From IMG/VR virus record IMGVR_UViG_3300020043_005902, positions 1-32,901 of that record: DNA of 32,901 bases. One strand, given 5' to 3'. How positions within the stretch are numbered: position 1 is the first letter of the stretch; each line of letters starts with the position of its first letter. Shown here piece after piece: positions 1-5,820 of the stretch. This stretch comes from a virus (taxonomy: Duplodnaviria > Caudoviricetes). The translations under genes and the position numbers were made by a program. Under the pieces are notes generated by a model. It had not been told where the DNA came from and made no database searches. It saw nothing but the letters and a program-made list of their open reading frames with translations.

Positions 1-55
1 CTGCGATGAGCGGGGTGTCGAGAGAGAGGCGGTGGAGAAGACGGTCAGGGCGCAT
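1..55 (-). CDS. N-terminal fragment (runs off the window) of the gene after portal 1; possibly an S49-type head maturation protease
   Basis: ATG at 55 overlaps the end of the portal gene and reads MRPDRLLHRLSLDTPLIA. The product is guessed from position (lambda W-B-C order); only 18 codons are visible. Confidence 0.35.
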   Translation of the reverse strand, partial: MRPDRLLHRLSLDTPLIA

Positions 56-1601
56 TTTGGTCAGTTGGTGGAACGATGGGGACTTGACTTCCCGAGGGCA
101 GGAAGCGGGCAAGAAGGGCGGTGAACTTGGTCACGTCGCCGGCGGCGATTTTTTCGCACCGCTGGATAATGGACTCGGCTTCCTTGAAGCATTGGTTCAT
201 CTCCCTTTCGGAGTTGAGGGACCGCTTGCCGAACTGCTCCCGGAGACTCATTTGTCCGGCCTTCACGGCCTCGCGGTCGCTGGCCTGCTGGCTCATGTCG
301 ATGGACAGCTCGGGCGGGCCTTGTGTGCTGATTTTCTCCCAGCCGATCTGGGGCGGTAGTTGGCCGTTCTTGATGGCCCAAGCGATGCAGCGGGTGCGGA
401 CCCAAGTGACGGCGCGGGTGATGGACTTCTGACGGCTGGCAAACTTCTTCCGCACCTTGTCGTTCACGGCGCGCTGATTGGGGCCGGTCAGCTTGGCGTC
501 CAGAAGGAAGGCCGGGGGGATGTCGAGAGCGTAGCAGAAATACCCGACAAGGCAGTCTTGAAACTCCAGCCAATCGGCACCGGCGCGGCTTCCAAGGTCA
601 GGGGCCTGCAACTCTTCGTCCTCGCCAAGGACGGGAATGTCGCCACCAAGGAACTCGGCAAGGCTCCGCTTTTTCACGGCCTCGCTGTCAGTTGATGCGG
701 GGGCGTTTTCTGTGTCATCGCCCCACACGTTCTCCTCGACGGTGCCGGAGCCGTTCTTGATGGCCATGATGATGGCGGACCTGGTCTTGACGGACCGCTT
801 TTCAAAGGCCTTGATTTCGTGAGCGTCCCGCAGGTCGTTGGAACCAAGGGACATCGGAGGCAAACCGCGATACTCCCCGGTGTTGTTCGGTTCGTAGAGA
901 AGGAAGAACTGGGGCTCGGGGACAGGGTCGGCAAACGGCGTGAGCCAGTAGGCGACGACGCGGCCGAACTCATCTTGTTGGACGCCGCCCCAGGCCATCT
1001 TTTGCCCGGCGGGTTCCTTAAGGATACGGGTGTCAATGGTCTGCACCTGGGGGAACCCGGCAAGGTCGGTCACCGTGATTCCTGTGTCGCCGTCGGTGTC
1101 AATGGCTTGGCTCCAAAGCTCTTGGATCGTGTCAAAGTGGAAGCGCCCGGTGAAGTCAATCCGAGTGCAGAGGTCACGCCACCAAAGATCCGCCTGCGTG
1201 TTCCAAGCCTCAGAAGGCGAGGCGCTGGTCACGTTGATGGGAACGGAATAATGCTTGATGAGGCCGACGGCGTAGCGGGCCAGTGGGTAGTTGTCCGCAA
1301 TGTGCCGGGACAGGGCGACAAGCTGCTCGCGTTGGAGGCCGGAAAGCAGAGAGGAAACGCCAGGGGTGAGGAACGCGGTGAGCGGCAGCGGAGCGCGGTC
1401 GCCGTTGTTGTTCAGGGCCTCGTAATGCGAGTAGCGGACTGGGGAGGTGGATTGATTCGTTACCGAACTACCACGCGAGGCAGCGGGCCGGGGGCGCGGG
1501 GACGATTGAGCAACGGAAACAGCGACGGGCGCGGGCTGAACCACAGCCAACGCCGGGTAGGTCGGCGCGGTGGCCTTGGGGGAAAAGAAGGGCAGGCGCA
1601 T
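45..1601 (-). CDS. Phage portal protein, lambda family (portal 1), 518 aa
   Basis: Likely start is MRLPFF at 1601, just after the upstream stop, rather than 1958. Lambda-portal-like motifs: SRHIADNYPLA, IDFTGRFHF, DTDGD, GGVQQDEFGRVVAYWL, GEYRGLPP, PPELSID. Confidence 0.85.
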   Translation of the reverse strand: MRLPFFSPKATAPTYPALAVVQPAPVAVSVAQSSPRPRPAASRGSSVTNQSTSPVRYSHYEALNNNGDRAPLPLTAFLTPGVSSLLSGLQREQLVALSRHIADNYPLARYAVGLIKHYSVPINVTSASPSEAWNTQADLWWRDLCTRIDFTGRFHFDTIQELWSQAIDTDGDTGITVTDLAGFPQVQTIDTRILKEPAGQKMAWGGVQQDEFGRVVAYWLTPFADPVPEPQFFLLYEPNNTGEYRGLPPMSLGSNDLRDAHEIKAFEKRSVKTRSAIIMAIKNGSGTVEENVWGDDTENAPASTDSEAVKKRSLAEFLGGDIPVLGEDEELQAPDLGSRAGADWLEFQDCLVGYFCYALDIPPAFLLDAKLTGPNQRAVNDKVRKKFASRQKSITRAVTWVRTRCIAWAIKNGQLPPQIGWEKISTQGPPELSIDMSQQASDREAVKAGQMSLREQFGKRSLNSEREMNQCFKEAESIIQRCEKIAAGDVTKFTALLARFLPSGSQVPIVPPTDQNAP

Positions 1602-1605
1602 GGGG

Positions 1606-1938
1606 TCAGTGGGTAGCTTTTGAGAAGTCAGCCCGCAGGCGGCGGATGCGGCGGACGGGGATGGCGTCGCCGTCGAGGGCGTCTTCCATGGCCCACGCAT
1701 CTTCCGCCAAGGCCATGATCTCGGGTGCGGACAGGCCGGAGACGACCGCCCAAGTGACTGAGCGCCCGCCTTGGTTGGTGGCGATGAGCTGTTTGCCGGA
1801 CGACAGCACGGTGGACCACTGGCCGCGCATGAGCGTTTCGAGCATCGCCTTGGAGGTGGTGACCGGAACGGACGCGGCCGCCTCCAGACGTGCGACGCGA
1901 AGGAGGGCACGCGTGAGGATGAGTTTGTCGGCGGCCAT
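1606..1938 (-). CDS. Small head-completion / head-tail joining (gpW-like) protein
   Basis: 110 aa directly upstream of a lambda-type portal; contains GGRSVTW and ends RLRADFSKATH. Assigned mostly by synteny. Confidence 0.5.
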   Translation of the reverse strand: MAADKLILTRALLRVARLEAAASVPVTTSKAMLETLMRGQWSTVLSSGKQLIATNQGGRSVTWAVVSGLSAPEIMALAEDAWAMEDALDGDAIPVRRIRRLRADFSKATH

Positions 1939-1958
1939 TTATTTTTGGCCGCTGTCAA
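1939..1958 (-). promoter_or_regulatory. TTGACA element 14 nt upstream of the gpW-like start codon
   Basis: Minus strand reads TTGACA-gcggccaaaaataa-ATG. There is no room for a standard -10 before the ATG, so the role is uncertain. Confidence 0.3.
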
Positions 1959-1999
1959 CCGGGTTGGAAAAATGCCCCTCAGAAAAAAAGTTTAAGTTC

Positions 2000-2041
2000 C
2001 TTTTGAATCGGTGTTGACTTGTTCAAAAGAGCGGGCAGGTT
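2000..2041 (+). promoter_or_regulatory. Early promoter with an overlapping palindromic operator (copy 1)
   Basis: TTGACT (2014-2019), 16 nt, CAGGTT. Flanked by the inverted repeat CTTTTGAA/TTCAAAAG (2000-2029). 2000-2026 matches the reverse complement of 17462-17488 at 25/27 nt. Confidence 0.65.
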
Positions 2042-2065
2042 CCTTTCTCGTAACCACGCCAACAA

Positions 2066-2299
2066 ATGCAACTCATCGCCAAAAACCTCGCCTCAATCGG
2101 GCGACTCTTAATCAAAGACATGATTAAAAACAAACCTGCCAAAATGACGCCAGACCAAGCGTTTCATCACGGAGTCGAATCTGCTGTCGAAAAAGACGGA
2201 TTTTCGCGAAATGCTTTCTTCGGTCAAAAAGAGAACTTCAAAGCCTACCGGGCGGGATACGCCTCCATTGACCCAAACCTCTCGACTTCATATCGCTAA
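2066..2299 (+). CDS. Hypothetical early protein, 77 aa
   Basis: ORF directly downstream of the promoter, with an A/C-rich leader, followed by a hairpin. Confidence 0.6.
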   Translation: MQLIAKNLASIGRLLIKDMIKNKPAKMTPDQAFHHGVESAVEKDGFSRNAFFGQKENFKAYRAGYASIDPNLSTSYR

Positions 2300-2313
2300 C
2301 CGCCCACCGCTCC

Positions 2314-2345
2314 CGCCCCGCCCGTAAAAACGGCGGGGTTTTTGG
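2314..2345 (+). terminator. GC-rich hairpin plus U-tract (copy 1 of a duplicated element)
   Basis: CCCCGCC-cgtaaaaac-GGCGGGG-TTTTT just after the stop at 2299. Confidence 0.6.
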
Positions 2346-2361
2346 GTGCCAACTCAACACC

Positions 2362-2484
2362 ATGAACCCAAGAGAAAAACAACCATCAAGCCTTTCAGGC
2401 GCTGGACTTCCAACGCGATTCCAGCGGCTCCTAGACAGCCAATTCCGCAAAAGAGCCAACCGCAAAGCCAAGGCCCGCAAATGA
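2362..2484 (+). CDS. Small basic hypothetical protein, 40 aa
   Basis: MNPREKQPSS...RKAKARK; its TGA overlaps the next ATG (ATGA at 2481-2484). Confidence 0.4.
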   Translation: MNPREKQPSSLSGAGLPTRFQRLLDSQFRKRANRKAKARK

Positions 2485-2993
2485 ACGACCGAGACCAAAA
2501 CATTGCCCTGGCGGAGTTCCACGGATGGGAAGGCGTCCCCGTGAAGAACGTAACAAAGGAACGGGACGGGGTGATTTATTGGAGGTCCCAGACGCCGGAC
2601 GGGCTTGAGAAATACAGCAGCAGCTTTGAAAGTTCCTGCGCAATTCGATGGCTCAAAAAGCCAGACGGAAGCCCGTTCTTAATCAGGTCAGGACCGATAA
2701 CACTAAATAACGTTGATACATATTCAAACGTAATCGCATTGGAGTATTCAAAAGCCAACGGATACGGCAAAGCTCCCCCCGACGTGAAGCCAAGTCTGGC
2801 TTATTTCTTAGAATACCTTCCTAATTATGGGGCCGATCTGAACGTGATGCACGATGTCGAGAAGCTGATCCCATTAAAAGATTTGATCAACTACTTAGAT
2901 ATTTTATCAGATTTAACTAAATACAATTCATCATTCGCCACGGCATTGGAGCGAAGGGAGGCTTTACTTAGGACAATTAGGAAATGGAAATAA
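2481..2993 (+). CDS. Phage ABA-sandwich-like domain protein (paralogue 1)
   Basis: Start MNDRDQNIALAEFHGW; LPNYGADLNVMHDVE and EALLRTIRKWK are shared in pattern with 4017-4355. Confidence 0.6.
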   Translation: MNDRDQNIALAEFHGWEGVPVKNVTKERDGVIYWRSQTPDGLEKYSSSFESSCAIRWLKKPDGSPFLIRSGPITLNNVDTYSNVIALEYSKANGYGKAPPDVKPSLAYFLEYLPNYGADLNVMHDVEKLIPLKDLINYLDILSDLTKYNSSFATALERREALLRTIRKWK

Positions 2994-3003
2994 ACCCCAC
3001 CCT

Positions 3004-3036
3004 CGCCCCGCCCATCAACACGGCGGGGCTTTTCGG
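3004..3036 (+). terminator. GC-rich hairpin plus U-tract (copy 2)
   Basis: CCCCGCC-catcaacac-GGCGGGG-CTTTT just after the stop at 2993; same stem and loop length as 2314-2345. Confidence 0.55.
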
Positions 3037-3052
3037 TGAACACTTAAAGCTT

Positions 3053-3796
3053 ATGAATCCGATTACACTGAAGTCCAAGTGCTTAGAATTGCAAAAGACT
3101 TCGCCAGAATTAACTACGCAAAAGATTATAGCATCAAGTCCAATTCTTTATGTAAAACAATTGGAAGAAGAGTCTGGCGAGAAATTTAAGCCAATTTATG
3201 ATTTATGCACTCCACCTCAATTTAATTGTTTTCTATTTGATTTCCCGTTTCTTGAAAGAAGGGGGCAGGGCTTTTCTGTCTTTGAAGATGGATGTTTTGC
3301 ATTTGTTTTTACGATGGGTGAAAACATTTACAAATTGACTGTGTTTGCAGATGAAACATACATAGTCCATTATTTTCTTTTTAATAAATGGCATGTAGCA
3401 AACGAAGACCCTACTTTCAAAAACAGCGGTCATATTTTACTGGGTGTCATATTTAAGTCTCTTTCTCTTTTTAGGAGTCCTTTATTTGTTAACGTAAAAT
3501 CTTCACCCTCTAAGCTAAATAGCAAATCCGTGGAATGGGTCAAGGTCCGCGAGTATTACACCGTAGTTCACCGCAAGCATGAGGCAAACGCCAAGGGAGC
3601 CGCCGAACTTGGCACCTACGGGGACAACACCCACAAACGTATTGCGCACGCCCGCAAGGCTCACTTCCGCATCCTACGTTCGGAAAAGTGGGGAAAGAAC
3701 CAAGGACGCAAGGTTTTTGTTTCAGCCACTTGGGTCGGACCCCGCGAGTGGATCGATGCCGACTCAAAGCAAATTTATTCAGTCCAAGGACGATAA
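3053..3796 (+). CDS. Hypothetical phage protein, 247 aa, with a C-terminal HxRxxHxR...WVG motif
   Basis: Likely start is MNPITL, after the hairpin. The 5' part is visibly AT-rich. The C-terminus HARKAHFRILR...FVSATWVG resembles a widespread uncharacterised phage family. Confidence 0.6.
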   Translation: MNPITLKSKCLELQKTSPELTTQKIIASSPILYVKQLEEESGEKFKPIYDLCTPPQFNCFLFDFPFLERRGQGFSVFEDGCFAFVFTMGENIYKLTVFADETYIVHYFLFNKWHVANEDPTFKNSGHILLGVIFKSLSLFRSPLFVNVKSSPSKLNSKSVEWVKVREYYTVVHRKHEANAKGAAELGTYGDNTHKRIAHARKAHFRILRSEKWGKNQGRKVFVSATWVGPREWIDADSKQIYSVQGR

Positions 3797-3808
3797 CAAA
3801 CTTTCATC

Positions 3809-4006
3809 ATGACCACACCACGCAAACCAAACCCGCGCAAACCGGGCCGCAAACCGGGCCGAAAGATGTCCGCCGCCATCACGTTCGGAGCCACGCCGGA
3901 TGCCGCCCAATTGTGGCGGAAAACGCTTCGGCGATATGGCATAAAAGCCGCGCCGTTTTATCGGGAGGCGATTGACGGAGCGATTGGAAGACTTTTAATT
4001 AAGTGA
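3809..4006 (+). CDS. Putative ribbon-helix-helix DNA-binding protein with a basic PGRK-repeat N-terminus
   Basis: PRKPNPRKPGRKPGRK followed by a short beta strand (AITFG) and two helices. Confidence 0.5.
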   Translation: MTTPRKPNPRKPGRKPGRKMSAAITFGATPDAAQLWRKTLRRYGIKAAPFYREAIDGAIGRLLIK

Positions 4007-4016
4007 ATTTACTATT

Positions 4017-4355
4017 ATGAAACCTGACGAAATTAACATTGCGATTGCTGAGTTCTGCGGATTTACTAACATCACAATTGAAAATATTGCGAATTATAGC
4101 GAGATGCATGGGACGCTCAATGAATGCGATATCGTTCCAATCCCCAACTACTACGGCGACTTGAACGCATGTAGAGATGCTTTGCTTAAACTACCGGATG
4201 ACCTGCACCACGAATACCACCGCCAACTCTACATTCTGACCAAGCCGATGCCGTTTGATATGTGGGCGCACAACTGGCATTTTCTTACTGCTGGCCCTGA
4301 CATCGTGAGCGCCGCAATCGTTCGGACAATCGGCAAATGGAGGGGCGGGCAATGA
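4017..4355 (+). CDS. Phage ABA-sandwich-like domain protein (paralogue 2)
   Basis: MKPDEINIAIAEFCGF...IPNYYGDLNAC...AIVRTIGKW, paralleling 2481-2993. Confidence 0.6.
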   Translation: MKPDEINIAIAEFCGFTNITIENIANYSEMHGTLNECDIVPIPNYYGDLNACRDALLKLPDDLHHEYHRQLYILTKPMPFDMWAHNWHFLTAGPDIVSAAIVRTIGKWRGGQ

Positions 4356-4642
4356 GTGAGTCTTCCCCCGCTGATACAAGAGCCGGGTTGCCTCCAGCGA
4401 CTTATTCGGCGTTTGAATTGCCGACAAAGTGCGGGTTCTATTGGTGGCGCGAAGATGCAACCAAGGACTGGCGACTCGTGGAACTTATGGACTTTGGTTC
4501 TGGCAGAATCATGACCTACGACCTTGATGAATGTGAATGGTCAGGGCGCTCTTTGGAGATTTGGCGCGAAGATTTCCCGATTGGAGAGTGGCGTTATATC
4601 GTGCCGCCGAGCACCAAGGTGAGCCACGCGGCTGGCGAATAA
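4352..4642 (+). CDS. Cassette A gene, hypothetical Trp-rich protein
   Basis: ATGA overlap with the previous gene; LPTKCGFYWWRE motif; stops inside the attC at 4606-4729. Confidence 0.65.
   Translation: MSESSPADTRAGLPPATYSAFELPTKCGFYWWREDATKDWRLVELMDFGSGRIMTYDLDECEWSGRSLEIWREDFPIGEWRYIVPPSTKVSHAAGE
4381..4410 (-). mobile_element. Degenerate half attC site (R''-L'' arm only)
   Basis: Minus strand: GCCGAAT-AAGTC-GCTGGAGG-CAACCCGGCT, colinear with the R''/L'' arms of the two complete sites. No complementary arm was found. Confidence 0.6.
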
Positions 4643-4729
4643 CTTTAGAAACTATTATCATGTCACAATCAAAGAAACCTTCCCCCGACACAGCAGAGAG
4701 CCGCGTTGCGCTCCACCGTTTTGTTCGGC
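4606..4729 (-). mobile_element. Integron attC site, 124 bp (R' GTT mutated to GCT)
   Basis: Minus strand: R'' GCCGAAC, 5 nt, L'' GGTGGAGC (extra base), stem ACGCGGCT...AGCCGCGT, L' GCTCACC, 5 nt, R' GCTCGGC. Confidence 0.75.
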
Positions 4730-4836
4730 CTGCCTTGGTGTCTTGCCCTGCGTGCCGGGGCTACGATTTAGAGCGCCAATGGTGCGACAAATGCAAAACA
4801 ACGGGCGTAGTTGAATTAAGAGGAGGTTCCAAGTGA
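4660..4836 (+). CDS. Cassette B gene 1, small CxxC...CxxC zinc-finger protein, 58 aa
   Basis: ATG lies in the attC loop; CPACRG...CDKCKTTG (DnaJ-like Zn-finger pattern). Confidence 0.55.
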   Translation: MSQSKKPSPDTAESRVALHRFVRPALVSCPACRGYDLERQWCDKCKTTGVVELRGGSK

Positions 4837-5084
4837 AAGGCAGTCTGTCGGTGCTGATGATGACTGCTGCGCTCATGGAATCTCAGGGGCTGCGATTCCA
4901 CAATTTTGAAGCAGCATCAAGAAAACCAAAGCCCGGCGAAAAGACCGCCGCCGACTTCGCCGCTATTGCGCGAGCCAAAGAACGCCGGAAACGCAAAGCC
5001 GAGCGTAAAGAACGGGAACGCCAACGCCAGCCGAACCGTCTGGCTGAGCAACGCGGCTCCAACGATGGAGGGACAACGCCATGA
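4833..5084 (+). CDS. Cassette B gene 2, basic hypothetical protein
   Basis: GTGA overlap with the previous gene; AIARAKERRKRKAERK; stops inside the attC at 5030-5120. Confidence 0.6.
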   Translation: MKGSLSVLMMTAALMESQGLRFHNFEAASRKPKPGEKTAADFAAIARAKERRKRKAERKERERQRQPNRLAEQRGSNDGGTTP

Positions 5085-5120
5085 GCCAAAAGCCGCGTTC
5101 GCTCCAGCCACTCGTTCGGC
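5030..5120 (-). mobile_element. Integron attC site, 91 bp, intact
   Basis: Minus strand: R'' GCCGAAC, 5 nt GAGTG, L'' GCTGGAGC (8 nt with extra G), G, AACGCGGCT...AGCCGCGTT, L' GCTCAGC (7 nt), 6 nt CAGACG, R' GTTCGGC. This is canonical attC geometry. Confidence 0.85.
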
Positions 5121-5416
5121 CTGCCTTGGTGGAGTCTCGGTGGGATTGGCTCGTTGCCTCGACAAGCAAGGCCCTGCCATGCGGCAGAGTCACCGTGTCT
5201 TTACGACTGCTGGATGAAGTGTGCCAAAATGCTGCCGTCCTGCACGCATGGAACGGCCAGAAACGGGCGGAAGCCCTGGCTCTGGCCATAGGTGCGTGTT
5301 TTGAAATTCACCATGACAGCGTGATTCTCTGGCCGCCGCCCGCTGGGGAATCCGCGCAACCCACAAAGGTAACTTCAAAAAGGATTTCGGGGTCGACATT
5401 GAGTGTTACGTTTTGA
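5081..5416 (+). CDS. Cassette C gene, hypothetical; the tail after about 5338 is read-through into the P63C remnant
   Basis: ATG lies in the attC loop and overlaps the previous TGA. The sequence switches to P63C-like DNA after WPP. Confidence 0.55.
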   Translation: MSQKPRSLQPLVRPALVESRWDWLVASTSKALPCGRVTVSLRLLDEVCQNAAVLHAWNGQKRAEALALAIGACFEIHHDSVILWPPPAGESAQPTKVTSKRISGSTLSVTF

Positions 5417-5820
5417 GTGATGCCAAAAAGACGGCCGTCATTAGCCAAAGCGGATTGGCAAGAGCCGTTGGCTTTCGAACCGGAGCGACCCAAATAACTC
5501 GTTTTCTAGCTTCCAAATCAATGAAGGGATACGTCGGGGTTGAACTTCTTGAAAAACTATCGCAACCCATTAAGTTTCAATGGACTCCCCTTGAGGTTGG
5601 ACAGCCTCCAACAGCGGGATACGGCTTTGACGTAACGCTCCTTATAGACATTTGTAGGGCCATAGACGACGCCCACAGGGCTGGGCGGCTTAGTAGCCGC
5701 CACACCGAGGCGCAAGAGCCCTAAGAATGCAGCTTGGGCGTGTGCTTGAAATGTCGGAATCTTCCGCCTCAAGGATCGAGTATGAGAAAAAGATTATTGA
5801 GCGCTTTGGCGGTCAACCCG
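5330..5820 (+). pseudogene. Remnant of a P63C-domain (Mx8 p63-like) protein gene; 5'-truncated, internally deleted and frameshifted
   Basis: One frame reads AAARWGIRATHKGNFKKDFGVDIECYVLSDAKKTAVISQ...LIDICRAI...GRL. From 5709 another frame reads GARALRMQLGRVLEMSESS...YEKKIIERFGGQ. These resemble the two ends of P63C proteins. Confidence 0.7.

Noticed and set aside
42-51. CGGTCAGGGC at the end of portal 1 equals the 10-mer at the inversion junction (31342-31351, 32056-32065)
   Set aside because: Only 10 GC-rich bases with no flanking similarity, and near matches occur elsewhere (around 15671 and 16312). Chance is sufficient.
1602-1958. 119-aa N-terminal extension of the portal ORF (45-1958)
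   Set aside because: It overlaps the better gpW-like ORF 1606-1938 in another frame and reads as low-complexity shadow sequence; ATG 1601 follows that gene's stop.
2400-2445. Possible additional degenerate attC arm (cgcgattccagcggctcctag)
   Set aside because: No GTT/AAC core box and no complementary arm.
3820-3865. Short tandem repeat (CGCAAACCGGGC-like units)
   Set aside because: Explained by the encoded PRK/PGRK peptide repeat; a 12-nt unit would not shift the frame.
4606-5120. Repeats as a CRISPR array, REP elements or terminators
   Set aside because: Spacing is gene-sized, there is no U-tract, and the asymmetric extra bases and R/L box spacing fit attC.
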